A stretch of DNA of 64,000 bases from Minisyncoccia bacterium. Its GTDB lineage: Bacteria > Patescibacteriota > Minisyncoccia > Phycocordibacterales > UBA918. The stretch spans positions 70,658 to 134,657 of the forward strand of contig JBGSPE010000011.1 in the NCBI GenBank assembly GCA_041738755.1. Reading direction: 5' to 3'. This document shows, one piece after another, positions 46,522-56,045 of the stretch. The translations under genes and the position numbers were made by a program. Numbering within the stretch: the stretch's first letter is position 1; every line of letters starts with the position of its first letter. The notes beneath the pieces are model-generated. The model did no database searches. It was not told the origin of the DNA and saw only the letters and a program-made list of their open reading frames with translations.

Positions 46522-47452
46522 TCATAACTTCCGGGTCAGTTACCTCATTATCTTCTTTTACAGGTGATTCGTCTACCGTATCGAAAAAGCTATTTGTCTC
46601 AAGGAGTGACTGAGCTTCTTCAGCAAATTCTACTGCTTGTTTTAAGTCTCCTGCTTCAAGCGTAGTTTCTACATCTTCAAGGTAAGCGCCCAACTCTACA
46701 GCAGAACTTGAAGCGACCTCAGGATCAATAGCGACTTGATTACTAATATCTTCCAATAAAGACTCGACGTACTCCGGAACAGCAGCTGGTGTAGCAGCAA
46801 CAAATTCTACCAATTCTTCTTGGTATAAATTATCAATTTCAGCTTGAACAACATCAAGTTCTGAGGGACGCTCCGTACCAAATTTTTTATCTGCCAAAAA
46901 TGCTTGTTTGCGTAGCGCTACAGAAACTGTCGATACTGCATCGAGAGAATCTTCAGCCGTAATTCCGACCGAATCAATCTCGGTTAAAAATTCTTCAAAC
47001 GTATTTGCTTGTTCTTCAATTTGAGTCTCAAGTACCAGCACTTCTGATTCAGTAAGTTCATTATTCTTGTATAACGTTTCCATTTCGGAGACACGCCGCT
47101 CCATGAGTTCTAACTGGTATACCAACTGTTCAGTAGTACCAAACTGGCCAAAACCTATTACAGGCTCTACCACAGAAACTTTCACTTCGTACAATACATC
47201 GCCTGGCAAACTCTGTGTTGAAGCCACTCCTGTACCCACAGTTACCAAAAAAACTGAAGCAATGGCAATTGACCATTTCGAAAATAGAAATACCGGTCGC
47301 TTCAATGGAGATTGAACCCCTGGAGCCGCTGGTGCATGCAACGTAGTAAATGCCTGCAACTCTGAAAACATTACGTCACGTTCAGTCACACTCAAACCAA
47401 CCTCTTTTTGTGAGGTAAGTAGTGTTTCTATATTGTCAGGTAGTTTTTTCAT
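46511..47452 (-). CDS. DUF5667-like putative anti-sigma factor
   Basis: Single TM followed by SLPGDVLYEVK...E; directly downstream of the ECF sigma. Confidence 0.7.
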   Translation of the reverse strand: MKKLPDNIETLLTSQKEVGLSVTERDVMFSELQAFTTLHAPAAPGVQSPLKRPVFLFSKWSIAIASVFLVTVGTGVASTQSLPGDVLYEVKVSVVEPVIGFGQFGTTEQLVYQLELMERRVSEMETLYKNNELTESEVLVLETQIEEQANTFEEFLTEIDSVGITAEDSLDAVSTVSVALRKQAFLADKKFGTERPSELDVVQAEIDNLYQEELVEFVAATPAAVPEYVESLLEDISNQVAIDPEVASSSAVELGAYLEDVETTLEAGDLKQAVEFAEEAQSLLETNSFFDTVDESPVKEDNEVTDPEVMIEN

Positions 47453-47457
47453 GGTAG

Positions 47458-47964
47458 TTACGTTTCGTTTGGTCGATAGTGTTCTTTTAGTTTTTCGAGG
47501 GCTCGCGCGATTCGCATGGAAATATTTGTCTCTTTCTCTTCAAGGAGGACTGCGATATCTTTGACTGCCAACCCTTCGATATATCTCATGACGAGTACTG
47601 TTCTATACGTGTCCGGCAAATACTCAAGGAGCCTTAAGACCTCTGTTTGCTCGCTATACTCCAACGGATTGACTTCATTCGTTGAAGGCTCAAAGCTCGT
47701 CTCTTCGACCAATGCTTCAAGTGAGTGATTTGTCTTGTCAGTGCGAATCTCATTAATAAACAAATTTCCCGCTATCTTATATAAGAAGGCTTTTTCATAT
47801 GAAATCTCTTTTCCTGCTGCCAAGTGCTGCCAAGTTCGCATAAAAACTTCCTGTGTCAGCTCTTTGGCTCGCTCTCGGTTTCCCAGTCGAAAGTACAGAT
47901 GTCGAAAGATGGCATCACTGTAGGTATGGAATAAGGTTTCAAATTGTTTGTTGAGCGCCTCCAT
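47458..47964 (-). CDS. ECF RNA polymerase sigma factor
   Basis: AKELTQEVF..TW, FLYKIA.N and LP...RTVLVMRY..GL...IA region 4. Confidence 0.92.
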   Translation of the reverse strand: MEALNKQFETLFHTYSDAIFRHLYFRLGNRERAKELTQEVFMRTWQHLAAGKEISYEKAFLYKIAGNLFINEIRTDKTNHSLEALVEETSFEPSTNEVNPLEYSEQTEVLRLLEYLPDTYRTVLVMRYIEGLAVKDIAVLLEEKETNISMRIARALEKLKEHYRPNET

Positions 47965-48158
47965 AAGATAAGACACAGTATGCAGAAAAAACTCACAAAA
48001 GACAAAGTGTGAGATTTTGCGTACCACTGTGTCTTAAGTAGTGCACGTTGATAACAGTATCTCGTGTGATAGTGCCGAATATACTTTGTATTCAAAACGT
48101 GCCGCAAAGGACGAGATACTATCGATAAAATTACTTAAAAACATATTAAAAATTATTT

Positions 48159-50156
48159 ATGAATAGTTCATTTAAAAAGAGCGTCATTGCCGGTATGCTG
48201 GCATTGACCGTAGTGGGCGGAGCGACCCCAGCCGCCTCTGCTCAAACCCCCTCAATCAGTGATCTCCAAGCACAGATTGCACAATTAGTAGCGACGATTA
48301 ACAACCTTAAACTCCAATTTGGCCAAGGTGGCAATGCAGCCGCGACTTGTTCAAACTACACCTGGGCCCGTTCGCTGGGACAGCGCTCAACCGGAGCTGA
48401 TGTACTGAAGTTACAACAATTCCTTAATAGTGATCCGGACACCCGTGTTGCAGTCTCAGGTGCAGGTTCTCCAGGTTTTGAAACCACCTACTTTGGACCA
48501 GCCACTGCAGCGGCAGTGTCTAAGTTCCAGATAAAGTACCGAAGCGAAATTTTAACTCCAAATGGTCTCGTGAATCCAACAGGGTTCTTTGGCCCATCAT
48601 CAATTACCAAAGCAAATACCTTGTGTGCTGCAGTACCAAGTACACCAACCAACCCGAGCACTCCACCAACCAACGGAGGTAACGAGCCAGAAACACCAGA
48701 ACTACGTGGTGAAGGTACCCTTGATACCTTTGAAATCGACGATGCAGATAGCACCGACGTTGAGGAAGCCTCAGGTGACGCCGTTATTGCTGAACTAACC
48801 ATCGAAGCACGAGATGGCGATCTCGAAATCAATCGAATGGACTTCGCACTTGTGGCTGACCCAGCAAACAACGAACGAGATCCGTGGGATACCTTTGAAA
48901 CCCTCTCACTCTGGGTAGCCGGCGAAAAAATCGCTGAAGTGAATATTGAAGACCGTGATGATTATCTCAATCGAAATCTGGGTACAGTTCGATTCTCAAA
49001 CCTTGACTTAGTACTTGAAGAAGATGAGGAGGTAGAAGTACAAGTAGCTGTCTCAATTCGAAACAACATTGATGGCGCAGGATCTAATGCCGATTGGAAT
49101 ATTAGTGTCGAACGACTTCGATACTTTGATGCTGATGGTGTAGCTACCGACGAAACCTCATTTGGTGACCTTGGTGACAGTGTTACATTCTCAATTGTCG
49201 AACGAGGCGACGGTGAAGAACTTAAGTTTGCCTTAAGTGGAAACAATGATGACAATCGAAATATCGTGGTAGATGATTCAAGACGAACTAATAATGAAAC
49301 CATTCTTGAATATACGATTGAAGCCATTGATAACGATATTGAACTTGAAACACTTTTCGTCAATATTCAAACTGGAACCGCTTCATTTGATGACGTAGTA
49401 CACGATGTACGATTGGTTATTAATGGACGGACCTTCCGTAAGGAAGCTGTGGTGACCACTGGTGACTATAGTGCAAATAATGTCCGAGTTGCATTCGATA
49501 TTGATGGTGACATCACAATTGATGAAGATGATAAGGAAGCAGTCAGTGTAGTGATAGATCTTAAGTCTCGAACAGCGTTCGCCAATGGTGAAACCATCAA
49601 GGCACAAATCACTTCTGCTGAACGTGATCTTACAGAGGCTGAAGGAGCTGATGATGTAACTGATTTTTCAGGAACCGTAGTTGGAAAAGAAATCCGACTC
49701 ATCTCTGAAGGTATTATCACGTCTCCTGACAACGTCGCTTTTACCTTCAAAACTCAAGGGCAAAACGATACAACCGGTATCTTTGAAATCGAATTCGAAG
49801 TAACAGCAGTTGAGGGAGATTACTACATCAACAGTAACGCTACGAGCTCAAGTGCCACAAGTTCAGGCGGCGTACAATTCTCAGTTGATACTGTTGTCGA
49901 CACTCCGACAAACGTTAGTGCTATTCTAGAGGCAACTGCGCGAGAAGACCAAAATGGCGTGTTCGTTGTTCGAGAAGGTCGAACTGAAACATTCACCCTC
50001 CGGGTTACTGTGGATGCATCTGTAGCCGGACAACACCGAGTTGTCCTTAACGCAATCCACTTCTCTGACGAGACCGATGGTGTAACTGATGTTGAAACCT
50101 ACGTGACCCTCCCGGTAAACGATTACCGAAGTCCCTACGGATTTATTAACGAATAA
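48159..50156 (+). CDS. Secreted surface protein with peptidoglycan-binding-like domain and acidic beta-rich body
   Basis: Signal peptide, LQAQIAQL coil, GADVLKLQQFLN...YFGPATAAAV..FQ and Pro/Thr linker. Confidence 0.85.
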   Translation: MNSSFKKSVIAGMLALTVVGGATPAASAQTPSISDLQAQIAQLVATINNLKLQFGQGGNAAATCSNYTWARSLGQRSTGADVLKLQQFLNSDPDTRVAVSGAGSPGFETTYFGPATAAAVSKFQIKYRSEILTPNGLVNPTGFFGPSSITKANTLCAAVPSTPTNPSTPPTNGGNEPETPELRGEGTLDTFEIDDADSTDVEEASGDAVIAELTIEARDGDLEINRMDFALVADPANNERDPWDTFETLSLWVAGEKIAEVNIEDRDDYLNRNLGTVRFSNLDLVLEEDEEVEVQVAVSIRNNIDGAGSNADWNISVERLRYFDADGVATDETSFGDLGDSVTFSIVERGDGEELKFALSGNNDDNRNIVVDDSRRTNNETILEYTIEAIDNDIELETLFVNIQTGTASFDDVVHDVRLVINGRTFRKEAVVTTGDYSANNVRVAFDIDGDITIDEDDKEAVSVVIDLKSRTAFANGETIKAQITSAERDLTEAEGADDVTDFSGTVVGKEIRLISEGIITSPDNVAFTFKTQGQNDTTGIFEIEFEVTAVEGDYYINSNATSSSATSSGGVQFSVDTVVDTPTNVSAILEATAREDQNGVFVVREGRTETFTLRVTVDASVAGQHRVVLNAIHFSDETDGVTDVETYVTLPVNDYRSPYGFINE

Positions 50157-50250
50157 ATCTCGTAAAGAAATTATAAAAGGCCCCGCGATAGCGGGGTTTT
50201 TTGTATCTAGAATTTTTACTAAATGCAGTTGGAAGATATAAATTCTATAC

Positions 50251-51582
50251 CTACTCTTGTATTTGCTGCTGGTTTATAAAGATAACTTCAACTGTCTCTG
50301 AACTCAGTCGCTGCTTGAGCCAGTTTGTTATCATTTTTTGATCCACCTCATCACCTTGATCTGTATTTTCAGATACATACACCAAGACAGTTATTATTTC
50401 TGTACTTCTCTCGTCAAGATACCTTACCGCCGTACCGAGAGCAATATCTACCACTTGATTATCAAGTACAAAAAGTTCATTCTTTAGCTGTTCTGGTGTG
50501 ACCAAAATCTGAGCTCTATTTGTAATTTGCTCTTCAAGGAGCTGCATGCGCTCCTCATCATCTTTAGTTGCCTCTACGAGACTCCTCCACTCTTCTTCAG
50601 TCAAAGCAAACCTGTTTTGTCGGACGACAAGATCAGTATCTTTAAGCCCGAAATCAATTAATCTCTGCTCGAGTACTCGCTCCTCTTCTTCAGTCACCCT
50701 ACGTGAAAGGAAGGCCAGTTCAATTCGCTTCTCACTTTGGGTATATTGGATATTTTTATAAATAATAACGTACCCTTCATTTTCAAACACTGAGGTTATA
50801 TATCGTTCAGCGTTGATAGTGAAATTGTTTTGCTTCACCACAACCACAGCCTGATAAATAGCCGGAATTACAATTGCTGTGATAACTAGTACAATGATTC
50901 TTTTAATACGTCTCTTTTTGAGTTGGTCTGTATATTCTTTTTTGGGTAGTTTTAAGTATTTTGCTACTACCAAAGATGCTAAACAGATGAATATACTGTT
51001 GATTAAAAATAAGTAAAAGGCACCAATAATAAATTTTGGCTGCCATGTCCCTATACCATAACCAACCGTACACAGCGGAGGAATCAAAGCTGTGGCGATT
51101 GCCACTCCTGGCACAATGTTATTTTGTTTTGCTCGACTAATCCCAATGAAACCAGCCAATCCTCCAAAGGTAGCAATCAGTACGTCAAATAGTGTCGGCT
51201 GGATGCGAGCCAGAAGTTCTGATTGTGCATTTGTGATAGGTGTAAGAGCAAAGTACAGTGATGAAATAATAATACTAATCGCAGTTTGGATGAAAAGATT
51301 TTTCCCAGAACGTCGCACTAAACCCCAATCTTCAATAGCCAAACCGAGACCAAGACTTACAATTGGTCCCATCAGCGGTGAGATAAGCATAGCTCCAATT
51401 ATGACGGGGGTTGAATTTATATTTAATCCAACTGACGCCAGCACAATCGCACACACAAGTACCCATACTCGAGCGCTACTGAATACTGTGTCATCTTTTA
51501 TATTTTCAACAATCTCTTTTTTTGACTGTGCTCCCTCTCGTAAGTCGAATAATTTTCGAACCAAGTTTGTGTATGTACCCAT
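50251..51582 (-). CDS. DUF389/TIGR00341 family membrane protein
   Basis: IIGAMLISPLMGPI, ELLAR and PGVAIATALIPPL. Confidence 0.9.
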   Translation of the reverse strand: MGTYTNLVRKLFDLREGAQSKKEIVENIKDDTVFSSARVWVLVCAIVLASVGLNINSTPVIIGAMLISPLMGPIVSLGLGLAIEDWGLVRRSGKNLFIQTAISIIISSLYFALTPITNAQSELLARIQPTLFDVLIATFGGLAGFIGISRAKQNNIVPGVAIATALIPPLCTVGYGIGTWQPKFIIGAFYLFLINSIFICLASLVVAKYLKLPKKEYTDQLKKRRIKRIIVLVITAIVIPAIYQAVVVVKQNNFTINAERYITSVFENEGYVIIYKNIQYTQSEKRIELAFLSRRVTEEEERVLEQRLIDFGLKDTDLVVRQNRFALTEEEWRSLVEATKDDEERMQLLEEQITNRAQILVTPEQLKNELFVLDNQVVDIALGTAVRYLDERSTEIITVLVYVSENTDQGDEVDQKMITNWLKQRLSSETVEVIFINQQQIQE

Positions 51583-51643
51583 TCAGTAATCATAGCAAAC
51601 AAAAAAGCCCCGAGGGGCCTTTTGTATATACTATTTAATACCA

Positions 51644-52054
51644 TTACGTATTCTGCCTTTCTAAGCTCACACCATTGATACAGAACCGATTGTGATTGCC
51701 AAAGTCTCGCGGCCCATCGCCCGTTCGTTCTGGTCCATCTGGAAAGACGTGTCCGAGGTGAGCATCACAGGTGGCACATCGCACTTCTGTCCGTCGCATC
51801 CCATGACTTCTGTCTTCAATTAATCGCACCGCTTCTTTATTCACCGGATCAGTAAATGACGGCCAGCCGCTCCCTGAGTCAAACTTCGTATCAGAACTAA
51901 ACAATAGTGCGTTACAAACCGCACAGTGAAACATTCCCTCATCATCAACGTGTAGCAAGTCACTGCTATGAGCAGGCTCAGTTCCGCCTTCACGGGCAAT
52001 GCGATATAACTCAGGATTTTCTTTCTTTAGCTGTTCATCGGTTTTCATACTCAT
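51644..52054 (-). CDS. msrB: Peptide-methionine (R)-S-oxide reductase
   Basis: GTE, KFDSGSGWPSF, HLGHVF.DGP and RFCIN. Confidence 0.96.
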   Translation of the reverse strand: MSMKTDEQLKKENPELYRIAREGGTEPAHSSDLLHVDDEGMFHCAVCNALLFSSDTKFDSGSGWPSFTDPVNKEAVRLIEDRSHGMRRTEVRCATCDAHLGHVFPDGPERTGDGPRDFGNHNRFCINGVSLERQNT

Positions 52055-52195
52055 TGTTATTTAATGTTAAGTACACTTTACTACGTAATGTATTGTCTAA
52101 TATTACAATAATTATTAGTGTGTTGCCTATCGATAAAACCAAGTTATGTAAAGCTGGCATAATAAAACCCGCTTTTGGAGCGGGTTTTATTAGTA

Positions 52196-52462
52196 TTACT
52201 TACTCGCGTTCTTGATTCGAGCACTCAGACGAGACTTCTTGCGAGCTGCGGTATTGTCTTTGATGACTCCACGCTTGGCTGCTTTATCGATTGCTTTGTA
52301 CGCTTTTGGTAAAAGTTCCTTGGCTGTCTTGGTGTCACCACTTAATACAGCTTTGTTTACATCCTTCACGACCTCCTTCATTGCAGTCTTACGACGTAAA
52401 TTGAAGATACGCTTTTTTTCTGATTGGCGATAAGCCTTTTCTGCTCCTTTGGTAATTGGCAT
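52196..52462 (-). CDS. rpsT: 30S ribosomal protein S20
   Basis: MPITKGAEK...IDKAAKRGVIKDNTAARKKSRL. Confidence 0.96.
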   Translation of the reverse strand: MPITKGAEKAYRQSEKKRIFNLRRKTAMKEVVKDVNKAVLSGDTKTAKELLPKAYKAIDKAAKRGVIKDNTAARKKSRLSARIKNASK

Positions 52463-52555
52463 ATATATATTTATATAAAGTGCGGATACTGTACCCCAGG
52501 ACCATAAAAATGGCAAGCGGTCGCAATCTCCCTCGAGACTTAGTACAATACACGA

Positions 52556-53134
52556 ATGATTCGTTCACTCACGGGAGAAATTAGCGCCCTTACGGAAGGG
52601 TATGTTGTAGTAACTGTTGGTGGCATTGGTTATTTGGTTGGCACCCCAACCAAAACTACACAATATGTACTTGGTACAACCGTCCACCTCCACACCTACC
52701 TCGCTGTCCGAGAAACTGCACTTGATCTCTACGGCTTTGTTAACCAATCTGAACTCGATTTATTTGAATTACTGCTACTAGTTCCTAAAATTGGCCCAAA
52801 GTCGGCCCTCCAGATTCTGAACCAAGCGAGTCCTACCCTCTTGCTCGAAGCCATCGGTAAAAAAGATGGTGCCTACCTGCATAAGCTTTCTGGTATTGGC
52901 AAAAAAACCTGCGAGAATATTGTCCAGTTCCTCCACGATAAAATTGAAAACTTGGCCTTTGCGCCTGAACTTACCCTAAGTAATGGCTTCACTCCAGCCC
53001 AGACCGATGCCATGGATGCGCTCGTCTCACTTGGCTACGACCTCACCTCAGCACGTGAAGCGGTAAAGAACCTTGGTACTGACGATAGTACGGCCAATGA
53101 ACTTATCACCCTCGCCCTTAAAAAAATCCAATAA
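52556..53134 (+). CDS. ruvA: Holliday junction branch migration protein RuvA
   Basis: MIRSLTG, GIGY, LYGF, IGPKSAL, GIGKK and ALVSLGY. Confidence 0.95.
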   Translation: MIRSLTGEISALTEGYVVVTVGGIGYLVGTPTKTTQYVLGTTVHLHTYLAVRETALDLYGFVNQSELDLFELLLLVPKIGPKSALQILNQASPTLLLEAIGKKDGAYLHKLSGIGKKTCENIVQFLHDKIENLAFAPELTLSNGFTPAQTDAMDALVSLGYDLTSAREAVKNLGTDDSTANELITLALKKIQ

Positions 53135-53199
53135 GCAACACCAGCCAAAACACCCCGTGCCTAGTAGCCGAAAGACTCTTCGGTGCATATAATTGATAC

Positions 53200-54480
53200 A
53201 TGACTGATATTAGAATTTTTGTTAAACGTGTTGTTCCAAAACCGGTATTTACCTTCCTACAACCCTACTATCACCTTGCGCTCGCCTGGTATGGTAATCA
53301 ACGATACAAAAACCCCTCAAAACAGCTAACTGTCATTGCTGTGACTGGTACCAAGGGTAAGTCGACCACGGTGGAACTGATTGAACAAATTCTCCGAGCT
53401 GGTGGTATTAAGGTAGCCTCACTTTCAACCATCCAATTTTCACTCAACGGAAAGAAACAACGAAACCTTTTTAAGATGACTATGCCTGGTCGTTTCTTTG
53501 TGCAGAAATTTTTACGCGATGCAGTTGACGCTGGCTGCACGCACGCCGTAGTGGAGATGACCTCAGAAGGTGCAAAACAATTTCGCCATAAATTTATTGC
53601 GATTGACGCCTTAGTATTTACCAACCTCACTCCAGAACATATTGAATCTCACGGTTCATTTGAAAAATATAAAGAAGCAAAGTTACGCTTGGCTGAAGCA
53701 GTAGCAACTTCACCAAAACGTCCACGTATTTTGGTTGCTAATGCGGACGATAGTCACGGCCAAGACTTTCTTAATTTTGCGGTTGAGAAAAAAATCCCGT
53801 ATCAATTATCTGATTTAAGCCTTTACTCGCTCCACAAGGATAACGTGAGCTTGGTGTACAACAACGTCACTATCCGTGTACCAATAGTTGGGGTGTTTAA
53901 TGTTTCTAATATCCTGGCGGCACTAAAAATCACCGAGGCTTATGGTGTCTCAACTGAAGTTGCAGCCGAGGCGCTGCGAAACCTCGAGACAATAGCTGGC
54001 CGGGTGGAACAATTTGAAAGTCCAAAAGAATCGCCAAAACATATTACAGTGGTCGTAGATTACGCCCACACCACAGACTCACTACAAAAACTCTACGAAG
54101 CATTTCCTGATCGTTCTAAAGTATGTGTCCTGGGAAACACTGGCGGCGGACGTGACACCTGGAAACGACCTGAGATGGCCGCTATTGCTGAACGACACTG
54201 TGAGCAGATTATTCTTACTAACGAAGACCCTTACGACGAAGACCCCGTGAAGATTCTTGAGGACATGGCGGAAGGAATTACTGACAAAACAAAGCTGACC
54301 ATTATTATGGACAGAGAAGCAGCTATTGCGCACGCTATGGATAGCGCGCCGGCTGATAGTTACGTACTTATTTCAGGTAAAGGAACTGATCCATATATCA
54401 TGGGACCAAACGGCACCAAACAACCATGGAGTGATGTTGAGGTAGTACAAAAGCTCCTTAAAGAACGTGCTGCTCGTTAG
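53200..54480 (+). CDS. murE: Mur ligase, MurE-like (UDP-MurNAc-tripeptide synthetase)
   Basis: VTGTKGKST, FTNLTPEHIE.H, VDYAHT, GGGRD..KR and GKG. Confidence 0.85.
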   Translation: MTDIRIFVKRVVPKPVFTFLQPYYHLALAWYGNQRYKNPSKQLTVIAVTGTKGKSTTVELIEQILRAGGIKVASLSTIQFSLNGKKQRNLFKMTMPGRFFVQKFLRDAVDAGCTHAVVEMTSEGAKQFRHKFIAIDALVFTNLTPEHIESHGSFEKYKEAKLRLAEAVATSPKRPRILVANADDSHGQDFLNFAVEKKIPYQLSDLSLYSLHKDNVSLVYNNVTIRVPIVGVFNVSNILAALKITEAYGVSTEVAAEALRNLETIAGRVEQFESPKESPKHITVVVDYAHTTDSLQKLYEAFPDRSKVCVLGNTGGGRDTWKRPEMAAIAERHCEQIILTNEDPYDEDPVKILEDMAEGITDKTKLTIIMDREAAIAHAMDSAPADSYVLISGKGTDPYIMGPNGTKQPWSDVEVVQKLLKERAAR

Positions 54481-54929
54481 TGATACATCACAATTCCGGC
54501 CGTTACCGAAACATTGAGTGATTCTTTTTGGCCGAGCATGGGTAATTCCAAAATAACGTCTGCTTGAGCAAGAGCCTCACGGCTTACTCCAGTCACTTCA
54601 TTTCCCATAATGTAGGCTACCTTTTCAGGCACAATAAAGTCTTTAAGCATGACGCTCTGCGGGGCTTGCTCTACAGCGACCACGGTGACGCCTTGGGTTT
54701 TCAATTCTAGTATGAGCTGACTGATATCACTGGCAGCTTCCCACGGCATTGTTTCACTCGCACCAAGCGATGTCTTACTAATCTCAGCCTGCACCCGTCC
54801 AAACCTATCTATTGGTGCAGGCGTGTAGCCAAGCAAAAATACTTTAGTCACTCCCGCCCCGTCAGCAGTTCGAAACATTGCCCCAACATTGTAGGCACTT
54901 CTAATATCTTCGAGGATAAGGTATTTCAT
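54477..54929 (-). CDS. TrmH/SpoU family RNA methyltransferase
   Basis: DIRSAYNVGAMFRT, GNEVTG and ESLNVSV. Confidence 0.92.
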   Translation of the reverse strand: MKYLILEDIRSAYNVGAMFRTADGAGVTKVFLLGYTPAPIDRFGRVQAEISKTSLGASETMPWEAASDISQLILELKTQGVTVVAVEQAPQSVMLKDFIVPEKVAYIMGNEVTGVSREALAQADVILELPMLGQKESLNVSVTAGIVMYH

Positions 54930-55007
54930 TGTTGGTAGGGTAGCAAATTGAGGTGATATATACAAAAGTGGTGCGACAAATTACAGCCATGTTTACCGAA
55001 GTTTATT

Positions 55008-55190
55008 GTCGTCACAAGTCCTCAGAAAGTTTATTCCTTACAGTCATTACTTTCTGGGCTCGCGACCCCGGCTCATCTGAGCGCAGGCTCACATGATTCC
55101 GCCTCGGACGAGCGCCGCATGTGACGCAGGTCACATGCTAACAGAAAACTCCTAGTCATATGACTAGGAGTTTTCTGTTACGCTCGTCCG
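55008..55190 (-). ncRNA. tRNA-3'-associated structured element, copy C (after tRNA-Lys)
   Basis: CGGACGAGCG (55181-90) pairs with CGCTCGTCCG (55105-14); hairpins; core GAGCCGGGGTCGCGAG...CTTGTGACGAC. Confidence 0.72.
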
Positions 55191-55259
55191 CCCTCCAGGG
55201 CTCGAACCTGGGACCATCTCCTTAAAAGGGAGCCGCTCTACCAACTGAGCTAAGGGCGG
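55187..55259 (-). tRNA. tRNA-Lys(TTT)
   Basis: CCGCCCT/AGGGCGG acceptor stem, CTCC-CTTTTAA-GGAG anticodon arm and GGTTCGAGCCC; CCA not encoded. Confidence 0.94.
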
Positions 55260-55351
55260 ATATTTGATTGTGCACCGTTCCTTGTTTAAAGGTGGGTATT
55301 TCTTTGTTTCCAAAGTCGCAAAACTATACCATTTTGAATTTATAAATCAAA

Positions 55352-56044
55352 CTATACAGTAAGCACCCACCGCTCTAAACTCGTCTCCATTGCTGCTCCT
55401 CCTTGGTGGTCTTCATGATAGAGCACAAGTAGCGTGTCTGATAATTTCTCTATTTCTCCCGGGGCAAAATTCCGCAGTGACTGCTTAGCCTTTTTATATG
55501 GATACTCTTTGAGTCCAGCTGCTTCAGCTGATGGAGTGAGCGTTGCTAGGCGAAGCGTTTTTAATTGCCACCATAAAATTCCAACCAGTTCCTCTTCCCG
55601 TATTTGCTGCAACCGTGCTTGCTGGAGCAACACCCATAATTGTTTTTTATCTTTTCTGGCCAGCGCTTCAGCTAAGCTAAACGGATTGAACCGTTCAGTC
55701 TTTTCAGTCGTAAATTCTTCGATACTATTGGCATGCTTTGTGTACTTCTTTTTAAACTCTGCCAAGAGCCCTCCTTCAAGCACAATAAATACATTACTCG
55801 AAGCGGTGAGAGCTGAGAGTGACTCCAAAACTTCAGCTTCAAACTCGGTATTCCCTGATGGAGTATCGAGCAAAAAATACTCAACCCCTCCAAAGAGTGA
55901 GGCGGTCCCTACAGCACCTGTTACCACACCTTCAAAATAAGTTGTCTCGTCAATAATTGTCGGCCGAACGTCTTGTGACTCAATTATTTTATATGCCGCA
56001 TCGCGAACTTTTGTGCGGTTAGTTCCGTAAAAAACATTCAACAT
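55352..56044 (-). CDS. holA: DNA polymerase III delta subunit-like (short)
   Basis: YG start, SLFG, NPFSLAEAL, LWWQLK and YPYKKA; directly after polA. Confidence 0.7.
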   Translation of the reverse strand: MLNVFYGTNRTKVRDAAYKIIESQDVRPTIIDETTYFEGVVTGAVGTASLFGGVEYFLLDTPSGNTEFEAEVLESLSALTASSNVFIVLEGGLLAEFKKKYTKHANSIEEFTTEKTERFNPFSLAEALARKDKKQLWVLLQQARLQQIREEELVGILWWQLKTLRLATLTPSAEAAGLKEYPYKKAKQSLRNFAPGEIEKLSDTLLVLYHEDHQGGAAMETSLERWVLTV

Positions 56045-56045
56045 A

